Source: Chiloscyllium plagiosum
Lineage: Eukaryota
DNA: 32,193 nt
Reading direction: 5' to 3'
Assembly: GCF_004010195.1 (NCBI RefSeq)
Contig: NW_025215303.1
Coordinates: 25,002 to 57,194 of the forward strand
Numbering within the stretch: position 1 is the stretch's first letter; every line of letters begins with the position of its first letter. The notes under the pieces are model-generated. The model saw nothing but the letters and a program-made list of their open reading frames with translations, had not been told where the DNA came from and ran no database searches. Shown here piece after piece: positions 1 through 13,024 of this stretch. The position numbers were made by a program, and so were the translations under genes.

Positions 1-3000
1 CCTGGAGCGGGACACTCTCTCTGGGACATGGTAAAGGCTGGTGTAGCCTAGTGTAAGTCACTGTCTCTGTGACGTGGTGTGGGCTAGTGTAGCCTGGAGT
101 AGGACTTTCTCTCTGGGCCATGGTGTGGATTGGTGTGGCCTGGAGCAGGACATTCTCTCTGGTACATGGTGTGTGTTGGTGTAGAATGGAGCAGGACACA
201 TTCTCTGGGACATGGTGTAGGCTGGTGTAGCCCAGAGTGGGACACTCTCTCTGGGACATGGTGTGGGCTGGTGTAGCCTGGAGCAGGGCACGCTCTCTGG
301 GACGTAGTGTGTGATTGTGTGGCCAGGTACACCATGGGACATGCTGTGGTCTGGTGTAGCCTGGAGCAGGACACTCTCTCTGGGACATGGTAGGGGCGAG
401 TGTAGCTTGGAGTAGGACACTGTCTCTGGGACATGGTGTGGGTTGGTGTCGCCTGGAGCAGGGCAATCTCTCTGGGACATAGTGTGGGCTGGTGTCGCCT
501 GGAGTAGGACACACTCTCTGGGACATAGTGTGGGCTGGTGTAGTCCAGAGTGGGACACTTTCTCTGGGACATGGTGTGGGCCATGTAACCCAGAGTGGGA
601 CACTCTCTCTGGGACATAGTGTGGGTTGGTGCAGAATGGAGCAGGACACATTCTCTGGGACATGGTATAGGCTGGTGTAGCCCAGAGTGGGATACTCTCT
701 CTGGGACATGGTGTGGGCTCATGTAACCCAGAGTGGGACACTCTCTCTGGGACTTGGTGTGGGTTGGTGTCGAATGGAGCAGGACACATTCTCTGGGACA
801 CGGTGTAGGCTGGTGTAGCCCAGAGTGGGATACTCTCTCTGGGACATGGTGTGGGTTGGTGTAGCATGGAGCGGGACACACTGTCTGGGACATGATGTGG
901 GCTGATGTAGCCTGGAGCAGGACACTCTCTCTGGGACATGGTATGGGCTGGTGTAGTTTGGAGCAGGACACTCTCTCTGGGACATGGTATGGGCTGTTGT
1001 AGCCCAGAGTGGGACACTTACTCTGGGACATGGCGTGGGCTGGTGTAACCCAGAGTGTGACACTCTCTCTGGGACATGGTGCGGGCTGGTGTAACCCAGA
1101 GTGTGACACTCTCTCTGGGACATGGTGTGGGCTCATGTAACCCAGAGTGGGACACTCTCTCTGGGACATGGTGTGGGTTGGTGTAGCCTGGAGCAGGACA
1201 CTCTCTCTGGGACACGGTACTCTCTATGGGACATGATGTGGGCTGGTGTCGCCTGGAGCAGGACAGTCTCTCTGGGACATGGTGTGGGCTGGTGTCGCCT
1301 GGAGTAGGACACTGTTTCTGAGACATGGTGTGGGCTGGTGTACCCTGGAGCAGGACACTCTCTCAGGGATATGGTATGGGCTGGTCTAGCTTGGAGTAGG
1401 ACACTGTCTCTTGGATGTGTTGTGGGCTGGTGTAGCCTGGAGTAGGACACTTCTCTGGGACATGGTGTGGGTAGGTGTAGTCTGGAGCAGGACACTGTCT
1501 TTGTGACATGGTAAAGGCTGTTGTAGCCTAGAGTATGACAGTGCGCTCTCTCTGGGACATGGTGTAGGCTGGTGTAGCCTGGGGCGGGACACTCTCTCTG
1601 GGACGCAGTGTGTGATTGTGTGGCCTGGCATAGGACACTGTGTCTGGGACATGATGTGGGCTGGTGTAGCCTGGAGCAGGACACTCTCTCTGGGACATGG
1701 TGTGGGCTGGTTTAGCCTGAAGTAGGACACTGTCACTGGACATGGTGTGGGTTGGTGTAGCATGGAGCAGGACACTCTCTCTGGGACATGGTGTGGGCTC
1801 ATGTAACCCAGAGTGGGACACTCTCTCTGTGACTTGGTGTGGTCTGGTTTAGCCCGGAACAGGGCACTCTCTATGGCACATGATGTGGGCTGGTGTCGCC
1901 TGGAGCAGGACAGTCTCTCTGGGACATAGTGTGAGCTAGTGCAGCTTGGAGCAGTACACTCTCTCTGGGACATGGTGTGGGCTGGTGTCGCTGAGAGTGG
2001 GATACTCGCTCTGGGACGTTGTGTGGGTTGGTGTAGCATGGAGCGGGACTCTCTCTCTGTGACATGGTGTGGGCTAGTGTAGCCCAGAGTGGGACACTCT
2101 CTCTGGGACATGGTGTGGGTTGGTGTAGCATGGTGCGGGACACACTGTCTGGGACATGGTGTGGGCTGGTCTAGCCTGGAGTAGGACACTGTTTCTGAGA
2201 CATGGTGTGGGCTGGTGTAGCCTGGAGTAGGACACTCTCTCTGGTACATGGTGTGTGTAGGTGTAGCCTGGAGCAGGACACTGTCTCTGGGACATGGTAA
2301 AGGCTGGTGTAGCCTAGATAAGACACTGTCTCTGGGACGTGGTGTGGGCTGGTATAGCCTGGAGTAGGACTTTCTCTCTGGGATATGGTGTGGGTTGGTG
2401 TGGCTTGGAGTAGCATCCTGTCTCTGGGACATGGTGTGGGCAGGTGTAGCCTGGAGTCAGACACTGTCTCTGGGACATGGTGTGGATTGGTGTGGCCTGG
2501 AGCAGGACACATTCTCTGGGACATGGTGTGGGCTGGTCTAGCCTGGAGTAGGACACTGTCTCTGAGATGTGTTGTGGGCTGGTGTAGCCTGTAGTAGGAC
2601 ACTCCCTCTGGGACATGGTGTAGGTAGGTGTAGCCTGGAGCGGGACACTCTCTCTGGGACATGGTGTGGGTTGGTGTAGAATGGAGCAGGACACATTCTC
2701 TGGAGCATGGTGTAGGCTGGTGTAGCCTGGGGCGGGACACTCTCTCTGGGACATGGTANNNNNNNNNNNNNNNNNNNNNNNNNNNNNNNNNNNNNNNNNN
2801 NNNNNNNNNNNNNNNNNNNNNNNNNNNNNNNNNNNNNNNNNNNNNNNNNNNNNNNNNNNNNNNNNNNNNNNNNNNNNNNNNNNNNNNNNNNNNNNNNNNN
2901 NNNNNNNNNNNNNNNNNNNNNNNNNNNNNNNNNNNNNNNNNNNNNNNNNNNNNNNNNNNNNNNNNNNNNNNNNNNNNNNNNNNNNNNNNNNNNNNNNNNN

Positions 3001-6000
3001 NNNNNNNNNNNNNNNNNNNNNNNNNNNNNNNNNNNNNNNNNNNNNNNNNNNNNNNNNNNNNNNNNNNNNNNNNNNNNNNNNNNNNNNNNNNNNNNNNNNN
3101 NNNNNNNNNNNNNNNNNNNNNNNNNNNNNNNNNNNNNNNNNNNNNNNNNNNNNNNNNNNNNNNNNNNNNNNNNNNNNNNNNNNNNNNNNNNNNNNNNNNN
3201 NNNNNNNNNNNNNNNNNNNNNNNNNNNNNNNNNNNNNNNNNNNNNNNNNNNNNNNNNNNNNNNNNNNNNNNNNNNNNNNNNNNNNNNNNNNNNNNNNNNN
3301 NNNNNNNNNNNNNNNNNNNNNNNNNNNNNNNNNNNNNNNNNNNNNNNNNNNNNNNNNNNNNNNNNNNNNNNNNNNNNNNNNNNNNNNNNNNNNNNNNNNN
3401 NNNNNNNNNNNNNNNNNNNNNNNNNNNNNNNNNNNNNNNNNNNNNNNNNNNNNNNNNNNNNNNNNNNNNNCCTGGAGCAGGACACTCTCTCTGGGACATG
3501 GTGTGGGCTGGTGTAGCCCAGAGTGGGATACATTCTCTGGGACATGGTGTGGGCTCATGTAACCCAGAGTGGGACACTCTCTCTGGGACTTGGTGTGGGT
3601 TGGTGTAGAATGGAGCAAGGATCATTCTCTGGGACATGGTGTAGGCTGGTGTAGCCCAGAGTGGGATACTCTCTCTGGGACATGGTGTGGGTTGGTGGAG
3701 CATGGAGCGGGACACAGTGTCTGGGACATGGTGTGGGCTGATGTAGCCTGGAGCATGGGACATGGTATGGGCTGGTGTAGCCTGGAGTAGGACACACTCT
3801 CTGGGACATGGCGTGGGATGGTGAAACACAGAGTAGGACACTTTTTCTGGGACACAGAGTAGGACACTTTCTCTGACACAGTGTGGGCTGGTGTAGCCTG
3901 GAGCAGGACACTCTCTCTGGGACAGGGTGTGGGCTGGTGTAGCCTGGAGCAGGGCACTCTCTCTGGGACAGGGTGTGGGCTGGTGTAGCCTGGAGCAGGA
4001 CACTCTCTCTGGGACAGGGTGTGGGCTGGTGTAGCCTGGAGCAGGACACTCTCTCTGGGACAGGTTGTGGTCTGGTGTAGCCTCGAGCGGGACACTGTTT
4101 CTGGGACATGGTGTGGGCTGGTGTAGCCCGGAGTGGGACATTCTCTCTGGGACATGCTGTGGGTTGGTGTAACCTGGATCAGGACACTCTCTCAGGGACA
4201 TGCAATGGGCTGGTGTAGCCTGGATTAGGACACTGTTTCTGGGACATGGTGTGGGCTGGTGTAGCCTGGAATTAGACACTCTCTCTGGGACATGTTGTGA
4301 GCTGGTGTAGCCTGGAGCAGGGCACTCTCTCTGGGACATGATGTGGTCTGTTGTAACCTGGAGCAGGACACTCTCTCTGGGACAGGTTGTGGTCTGGTGT
4401 AGCCTCGAGCGGGACACTGTTTCTGGGACATGGTGTGGGCTGGTGTAGCCCGGAGTGGGACATTCTCTCTGGGACATGCTGTGGGTTGGTGTAACCTGGA
4501 TCAGGACACTCTCTCAGGGACATGCAATGGGCTGGTGTAGCCTGGAGTAGGACACTGTTTCTGGGACATGGTGTGGGCTGGTGTAGCCTCGAGTGGAACA
4601 ATCTCTCTGGGACAGGGTTTAGGCTGGTGTAGCCTGGAGCGGGACACTCTCTCTGACACAGTGTGGGCTGGTGTAGCCTGGAGCAGGACACTCTCTCTGG
4701 GACATGGTGTGGGTTGGTGTAGCCTGGAATAGGACACTGTTTCCGGGACATGGTGTGGGCTGTTGTAGCCTGAAATAGGACACTGTTTCTGGGGCATGAC
4801 GTGGGCTTGTGTAGCCTGGTGGAGGACAATCTATCTTGGACATGGCATGAGCTAATGTAGTCTGGAGCAGGACACTCTCTCTGAAACATGGTGCGAGCTG
4901 GTGTACCCTGGAATTAGACACTCTCTCTGGGACATGATGTGGTCTATTGTAACCTGGAGCAGTACACTCTCTCTGGGACAGGGTTTAGTCTGGTGTAGCC
5001 TGGAGCGGGACACTCTCTCTGACACAGTGTGGGTTGGTGTAGCCTGGAGCAAGACACTCTCTCTGGGACGTGATGTGGTCTGTTGTAACCTGGAGCAGGA
5101 CACTCTCTCTGGGACAGGGTGTGGGCTGGTGTAGCCTGGAATTAGACACTCTCTCTGGGACATGTTGTGAGCTGGTGTAGCCTGGAGCAGGGCACTCCGT
5201 CAGGGACATGGTGTGGGCTGGTGTAGCCTGGAGCGGGACACACTCTCTGGGACATGGTGTGGGCTGGTGTAGCCCAGAGTGGGATACATTCTCTGGGACA
5301 TGGTGTGGGCTCATGTAACCCAGAGTGGGACACTCTCTCTGGGACTTGGTGTGGGTTGGTGTAGAATGGAGCAGGACTCATTCTCTGGACATGGTGTAGG
5401 CTGGTGTAGCCCAGAGTGGGATACTCTCTCTGGGACATGGTGTGGGTTGGTGGAGCATGGAGCGGGACACACTGTCTGGGACATGGTGTGGGCTGATGTA
5501 GCCTGGAGTCGGACACTCTCTCTGGGACATGGTCTGGGCTGGTGTAGCCTGGAGTAGGACACTCTCTCTGGGACATGGTGTGGGTTGGTGTGGCTTGGAG
5601 CGGGACACTGTCTCTGGGACATGGTGTGGGTTGGTGTAGCCCTAAGCAGGACACTCTCGCGGGTTGGTTGGTGTAGCCTTAAGCAGGAAACTCTCTCTGG
5701 GACATGGAGTGGCTTTAAGCAGGACACACTCTCGGGGACATGGTATGGGCTGGTGTAGCCTCGAGTAGGACACTGTCTCTGGGACATGATGTGGTCTGGT
5801 GTAGCCTGGAGCAGGACACTCTCTCTGGGACATGGTGTGGGCTGGTGTAGCCTGGAGTAGGTCACACTCTCTGGGACATGGTGTGGGCTGGTGTCACCTG
5901 GAGTGGGACACTATCTCTGGGACATGGTGTGGGCCGGTGTACCCAGAGTGGGACACATTCTCTGGGACATGGTGTGGGCTGGTGTAGCCTGGAGTAGGAC

Positions 6001-9000
6001 ACTCTCTCTGGGACATGGTGTGGGCTCATGTAACCCAGAGTGGGACACTCTCTCTGGGACATGATGTGGGTTGGTGTAGAATGGAATAGGACACATTCTC
6101 TGGGACATGGTGTAGGCTGGTGTAGCCCAGAGAGGGATAATCTCTCTGGGACATGGTGTGGGTTGGTGTAGCATGGAGCGGGACACTCTCTCTGGGACAT
6201 GGTGTGGGCTGGTGTAACCCAGAGTGGGATACTCTCTCTGGGACATGGTGTGGGTTGGTGTAGAATGGAGCGGGACACATTCTCTGGGACATGGTATAGG
6301 CCGGTGTAGCCTGGAGTAGGATACACTCTCTGGGACATGGCGTGGAATGGTGAAACACAGAGTAGGACACCTTTTCTGGGACATGGTGCGGGCTGGTGTA
6401 GTTTGGAGCAAGACACTCTCTCTGGGACATGGTGTGCGCTTCTGTCGCCTGGACAAAGACACTCTCTCTGGGAATTGGTGTGGGCTGGTGTAGACAAGAA
6501 CGAAACACTCTGTCTGGGACATGGTGTGGGCTGTTGTTGCCTGGAGTCGTACACTGACTCTGGGACATGGTTTGGACTCGTGCCGCCTGGAGCAAGACAC
6601 TCTCTCTGGGACATGGTGTGGGCTGGTGTAGCCTGGAGTGGGACACTCTCTCTGGGACATGGTATAGGCTGGTGTAGCCCAGAATGGGATACTCTCTCTG
6701 GGACATGGTGTGGGTTGGTGTAGCATGGAGTGGGACACTCTCTCTGGGACATAGTGTGGGCTTGAGTCGCCTGGAGTAGGACACACTCTCTGGGACATGG
6801 TATAGGCTGGTGTAGCCCAGAATGGGATACTCTCTCTGGGACATGGTGTGGGTTGGTGTAGCATGGAGCGGGACACTCTCTCTGGGACATGGTGTGGGCT
6901 GGTGTCGCCTGGAGTAGGACACTCTCTCTGGGACATGGTGTGTGCTGGTGTAGCCTGGAGTGGGACACTCTCTCTGGGACATAGTGTGGGCTTGTGTCGC
7001 CTGGAGCAGGGCACTCTCTCTAGGACATAGTGTGGGCTGGTGTCGCCTGGAGTGGGACACTCTCTCTGGGACATGGTGTGGGCTGGTGTAGTCCAGAGTG
7101 GGACACTTTCTCTGGGACATTGTGTGGGCTGGTGTAGCCTGAGTAGGACACACTCTCTGGGACCTGGTGTGGGCCATGTAACCCAGAGTGGGACACTCTC
7201 TCTGGGACATAGTGTGGGTTGGTGTAGAATGGAGCAGGACATATTCTCTGGGACATGGTGTAGGCTGGTGTAGCCCAGAGTGGGATACTCTCTCTGGGAC
7301 ATGGTGTGGGTTAGTGGAGCATGGGGCGGGACACACTGTCTGGGACATGGTGTGGGCTGATGTAGCCTGGAGCAGGACACTCTCTCTGGGACATGGTATG
7401 GGCTGGTGTAGCCTGGAGCAGGACACTCTCTCTGGGACATGGTATGGGCTGGTGTAGTTTGGAGCAAGACACTCTCACTGGGAATTAGTGAGGGCTGGTG
7501 TAGACAAGAACGAAACACTCCGTCTGGGACATAGTGTGGGCTGGTGTTGCCTGGAATAGTACACTGACTCTGGGACATGGTTTGGGCTCGTGCAGCCTGG
7601 AGCAAGACACTCTCTCTGGGACATGGTGTGGGCTGGTGTAGCCTGGAGCAGGACACTCTCTCTGGGCCATGGTATGGGCTAGTGTAGGCTGGAGTAGGAC
7701 ACACTCTCTGGGACATGGTGTGGGCTGGTGTCACCTGGAGCGGGACACACTCTCTGGGACATGGTGTGGGCCGGTGTAGCCTGGAGTAGGACAATCTCTC
7801 TGGGACATGGTGTGGGCTCATGTAACCCAGAGTGGGACACTGTCTCTGGGACTTGGTGTGGGTTGGTGTTGAATGGAGCAGGACACATTCTCTGGGACAT
7901 GGTGTAGGCTGGTGTAGCCCAGAGTGGGATACTCTCTCTGGGACATCGTGTGGGTTGGTGTAGCATGGAGCGGGACACACTGTCTGGGACATGATGTGGG
8001 CTGATGTAGCCTGGAGCAGGACACTCTCTCTGGGACATGGTATGGGCTGGTGTAGTGTGGAACAGGACACTCTCTCTGGGACATGGTATGGGCTGGTGTA
8101 GCCTGGAGTAGGACACTCTGTCTGGGACATGGTGTGGGCTGGTGTAGCATGGAGCGGGACTGGGATATGGTGTGGGCTGTTCTAGCCTGGAGTGGGACAC
8201 TTACTCTGGGACATGGCGTGGGCTGGTGTAACCCAGAGTGGGACACTCTCTCTGGGACATGGTGCGGGCTGGTGTAACCCAGAGTGTGACACTCTCTCTG
8301 GGACATGGTGTGGGCTCATGTAACCCAGAGTGGGACACTCTCTCTGGGACATGGTGGGGCTGGTCTCGCCTGGAGTAGGACACTGTTTCTGAGACATGGT
8401 GTGGGCTGGTGTACCCTGGAGCGGGACACTCTCTCTGCGACATGGTGTGGGCTGGTGTAGCCCAGAGTGGGACACTCTCTCTGGGACATGGTGTGGGTTA
8501 GTGTCGCTTGGAGTAGGACAATCTCTCTGGGACATGGTGTGGGCTCATGTAACCCAGAGTGGGACACTCTCTCTGGGACTTGGTGTGGGTTGGTGTCGAA
8601 TGGAGCAGGACACATTCTCTGGGACATGGTGTAGGCTGGTGTATCCCAGAGTGGGATACCATCTCTGGGACACGGTGTGGGTTAGTGTCGCCTGGAGTAG
8701 GACAATCTCTCTGGGACATGGTGTGGGCTCATGTAACCCAGAGTGGGACACTCTCTCTGCGACTTGGTGTGGGTTGGTGTCGAATGGAGCAGGACGCATT
8801 CTCTGGGACATGGTGTAGGCTGGTGTAACCCAGAGTGGGATACTCTCTCTGGGACATGGTGNNNNNNNNNNNNNNNNNNNNNNNNNNNNNNNNNNNNNNN
8901 NNNNNNNNGGACATGGTGTGGGCTGGTGTAGCATGGAGCGGGACACACTGTCTGGGATATGGTGTGGGCTGTTCTAGCCTGGAGTGGGACACTCTCTCTG

Positions 9001-12000
9001 GGACATGGTGTGGGCTAGTTTACCCTGGAGCAGGACACTCTCTCGGGGACATGGTTTGGGCTGGTGTAGCCTGGAGTAGGACACTCTGTCTGGGACATGG
9101 TGTGGGCTGGTGTAGCATGGAGCGGGACACACTGTCTGGGATATGGTTTGGGCTGTTCTAGCCTGGAGTGGGACACTCTCTCTGGGACATGGTGGGGCTG
9201 GTCTCGCCTGGAGTAGGACACTGTTTCTGAGACATGGTGTGGGCTGGTGTACCCTGGAGCGGGACACTCTCTACACTCTCTCTGGGACATGGTGTGGGTT
9301 GGTGTAGAATGGAGCAGGACACATTCTCTGGGACATGGTGTAGGCTGGTGTAACCCAGAGTGGGATACTCTCTCTGGGACATCGTGTGGGTTGGTGTAGC
9401 ATGGAGCGGGACACACTGTCTGGGACATGATGTGGGCTGATGTAGCCTGGAGTGGGACACTCTGTCTGGGACATGGTGTGGGCTGGTGTAGCATGGAGCG
9501 GGACACACTGTCTGGGATATGGTGTGGGCTGTTCTAGCCTGGAGTGGGACACTCTCTCTGGGACATGGTGTGGGCTAGTTTAGCCTGGAGCAGGACACTC
9601 TCTCGGGGACATGGTTTGGGCTGTTGTAGCCCAGAGTGGGACACTTACTCTGGGACATGGCGTGGGCTGGTGTAACCCAGAGTGTGACACTCTCTCTGGG
9701 ACATGGTGCGGGCTGGTGTAACCCAGAGTTTGACACTCTCTCTGGGACATGGTGTGGGTTGGTGTAGAATGGAGCAGGACACATTCTCTGGGACATGGTG
9801 TAGGCTGGTGTAGCCTGGGGCGGGACACTCTCTCTGGGACGCAGTGTGTGATTGTGTGGCCTGGCGTAGGACACTGTGTCTGGGACATGGTGTGGGTTGG
9901 TGTAGCCTGGAGCAGGACACTCTCTCTGGGACATGGTATGGGCTAGTGTAGCCTGGAGTAGGACACTCTCTCTGGGACATGGTGTGGGCTGGTGTAGCCT
10001 GCAGCAGGGCACTCTCTCTGGGACAGGGTGTGGGTTGGTGTAGCCTGGAGCAGGACACTCTCTCTGGGACATGGTGTGGGCTGGTGTAGCCTGGAGCAGG
10101 GCACTCCCTCAGGGACATGGTGTGGGCTGGTGTAGCCTGGAACAGAATGTTCTCTGGGACATGGTGTGCGCTGGTGTAGCCTGGAGCAGGACACTCTCTC
10201 TGTGACATGGTGTGGGCTGGTGTAGCCTGGAGCAGAGCACTCCCTCAGGGACATGGTGTGGGCTGGTGTAGCCCAGATTGGGACACCATTTCTGGGACTT
10301 GGTGTGGGCTGGTGTAGCCTGGAGCGGGACACTGTCTCTGGGACATGGTGAGGACTGGTATTGCCTGGAGCAGGACACTCTCTCGGGGACATGGTGTGGG
10401 TTGGTGTAACCTAGAGCAGGACACTCTCTCGGGGACATGCAATGGGCTGGTGTAGCCTGGAGTCGGACACTGTCTCTGGGACATGGTGTGGGCTGGTGTA
10501 GCCTGGAATAGGACACTGTTTCTGAGACATGGTGTGGGCTGGTGTAGCCTGGAGCAGTACACTCTCTCTGGGGCATGACGTGGGCTTGTGTAGCCTGGAG
10601 GAGGACAAACTATCTTGGACATGGCATGAGCTAACGTAGTCTGGAGCAGGACACACTCTCTGAAACATGGTGCGAGCTGGTGTACCCTGGAATTAGCCAC
10701 TCTCTCTGGGACATGTTGTGGGCTGGTGTAGCCTGGAGCAGGGCATTCTCTCTGGGACATGATGTGGTCTATTGTAACCTGGAGCAGTACACTCTCTCTG
10801 GGACAGGGTTTAAGCTGGTGTAGGACACTGTTTCTGGGACATGGTGTGGGCTGGTGTAGCCCGGAGCAAGACACTCTCTCTGGGACAGGGTTTAGGCTGG
10901 TGTAGCCTGGAGCGGGACACTCTCTCTGACACAGTGTGGGCTGGTGTAGCCTGGAGCAGGACACTCTCTCTGGGACATGGTGTGGGCTGGTGTAGCCTGG
11001 AGCAGGGCACTCCGTCAGGGACATGGTGTGGGCTGGTGTAGCCCAGATTGGGACACAATTTCAGGGACTTGGTGTGGGCTGGTGTAGCCTGGAGCAGGAC
11101 ACTGTCTCTGGGACATGGTGAGGGCTGGTGTAGCCTGGAGCAGGACACTCTCTCTGGGACATGGTGTGGGTTGGTGTAACCTGGAGCAGGACACTCTCTC
11201 TGGGACATGCAATGGGCTGGTGTAGCCTGGGGTAGGACACTGTCTCTGGGACATGGTGTGGGCTGGTGTAGCCTAGAATAGGACACTGTTTCTGGGACAT
11301 GGTGTGGGCTCTTGTAGCCTGAAATAGGATACTGTTTCTGGGGCATGACGTGGGCTTGTGTAGCCTGGAGGAGGACAATCTATCTTGGACATGGCATGAG
11401 CTAATGTAGTCTGGAGCAGGACACACTCTCTGAAACATGGTGCGAGCTGGTGTACCCTGGAATTAGACACTCTCTCTGGGACATGTTGTGGGCTGGTGTA
11501 GCCTGGAGCAGGACTCTCTCTCTGGGACATGGTGTGGGCTGGTGTACCCTGGAATTAGACACTCTCTCTGGGACATGTTGTGGGCTGGTGTAGCCTGGAG
11601 CAGGGCACTCTCTCTGGGACATGATGTGGTCTATTGTAACCTGGAGCAGTACACTCTCTCTGAGACAGGGTTTAAGCTGGTGTAGCCCGGAGCAAGACAC
11701 TCTGTCTGGGACAGGGTTTAGGCTGGTGTAGCCTGGAGCGGGACACTCTCTCTGGGACGTGATGTGGTCTGTTGTAACCTGGAGCAGGACACTCTCTCTG
11801 GGACAGGGTGTGGGCTGCTGTAGCCTGGAGCAGGGCACTCTCTCTGGGATGTGATGTGGTCTGTTGTAACCTGGAGCAGGACACTCTCTCTGGGACATGG
11901 TGTGGGCTGGTGTAGCCTGGAATTAGACACTCTCTCTGGGACATGTTGTGAGCTGGTGTAGCCTGGAGCGGGACACTCTCTCTGGGACAGGGTGTGGGCT

Positions 12001-12018
12001 GGTGTAGCCTGGAGCAGG
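1..12018. repeat. 46-bp tandem repeat array (mini/macrosatellite), roughly 245 sequenced units, extending beyond the left edge and containing two N gaps
   Basis: Consensus CCTGGAGCAGGACACTCTCTCTGGGACATGGTGTGGGCTGGTGTAG (46 nt, e.g. 3471-3516) recurs continuously. The ORF track shows a 46-aa period (3x46 nt). The array stops abruptly after CCTGGAGCAGG at 12018. Confidence 0.97.
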
Positions 12019-12479
12019 TCTCTATCGGCAGTACGTTGTAGCAGCAGAGAAGGTAAGTTGGACTGTCTTTCAGTGTTTTAAATTCTAACTTCATGTGAAT
12101 GGTGCTTTTGTGTAAGCAAGTTACACACTTTTTAATGTATTTTTCATTGAATGCATGTGACAATAAATTACATTCAATTTAAACAAGATCAAACTCTGTT
12201 ACTCAGTTCAATTGGATTCGAACTCTGTCTTCAAACAATGCAATCCAGATTCTGACACTGTTTCCTTCTGTGCAGTCCTGACAGTGTGACCCAGGTCCTG
12301 TGTTATCTTCCCTTCCCTGTGTTATCATAAAACTCAGCTGCCCTATCACTTGCTGTCTGCACACTGGCCTTCCCTTATCATCATTGAACCTCTCACCAGC
12401 CCCCGTCATCTCCATAGCAAACTCCCCCCTATCCTGCATCAGCTCTCCCTCACCAATTGCTTCTCTACATCTGCCTGGC

Positions 12480-12685
12480 CCCAAACTCTGCACAACTATG
12501 AAAAGTATTTCGAAAGTATAGTTCGCCTTGTAACATGGGAAGCAGCAATTTGCAAACAGCACTATCACAGGCAATATCATTGTAATGGCCAGAAAATCAA
12601 CGTTTCTGATTGTGCTGGAGAATCAATATCAGCATGGTCACCATGGAGTACCTGACTGGTCTCCCTCAAAGTAATGCCAAGTGAT
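12480..12685 (-). mobile_element. Degenerate Deu-domain SINE fragment (AmnSINE/SacSINE-like)
   Basis: The reverse complement reads ...GATTTTCTGGCCATTACAATGATATTGCCTGTGATAGTGCTGTTTGCAAATTGCTGCTTCCCATGTTACAAGGCGAACTATACTTTCGAAATACTTTTCATAGTTGTGCAGAGTTTGGGG, which resembles the DeuSINE central and 3' region as I recall it. Highly diverged. Confidence 0.45.
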
Positions 12686-12834
12686 ATCAATCTTTGCGGT
12701 TGAGCAAGGCTTTGGTTTAATGGATTATTTCCTGGAGAGCATTTCTGGCAGTGCAGCAGTCACTCAGCAGAGTTTCAATATGGCTTTTGTGTTCAATGCG
12801 TAGGAAAATATCCACAGACATATCAATGTCAACA

Positions 12835-13024
12835 CTGAAAATGTGTTGCTGGAAAAGCGCAGCAGGCCAGGCAGCATCCAGGGGACAGGAGAATCGACGC
12901 CTCGGGCACAAGCCCTTATGTCCGAGGCGTCGATTCTCCTGTTCCCTGGATGCTGCCTGACCTGCTGCGCTTTTCCAGCAACACATTTTCAGCTCTGATC
13001 TCCAGCATCTGCAGACCTCACTTT
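12835..13024. mobile_element. Fold-back (hairpin) Penelope-like element terminus insertion with 16-bp TSD
   Basis: Arms of about 78 bp are inverted about a centre near 12913 (CTGAAAATGTGTTGCTGGAAAAGCGCAG ... CTGCGCTTTTCCAGCAACACATTTTCAG), with a one-sided tail of about 32 nt at 12993-13024. Direct repeat CATATCAATGTCAACA at 12819-12834 and 13025-13040. Same family as 14716 and 24087. Confidence 0.85.

Noticed and set aside
1..12018. CRISPR-like array
   Set aside because: The variable parts are point variants of the same monomer, not unique spacers. The context is eukaryotic and no cas genes are present.
1..12018. Immunoglobulin switch-region or RSS-like array (G-rich strand, GGCT/AGC motifs, occasional CACAGTG)
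   Set aside because: No Ig exons nearby, AGCT palindromes are scarce, and the CACAGTG heptamers have no correctly spaced ACAAAAACC nonamer.
58..12163. Long minus-strand His/Cys/Pro-rich ORFs (up to 739 aa) with a 46-aa repeat
   Set aside because: The 46-nt consensus has no stop triplet on the minus strand, so all three frames are open and give the same cyclic peptide. Variant monomers introduce stops and non-triplet indels freely, so there is no sign of coding constraint.
12835..12992. Pre-miRNA gene or DNA-transposon MITE
   Set aside because: The hairpin is explained by inverted PLE termini with hammerhead remnants, an asymmetric tail and variable 10-16-bp TSDs across copies.
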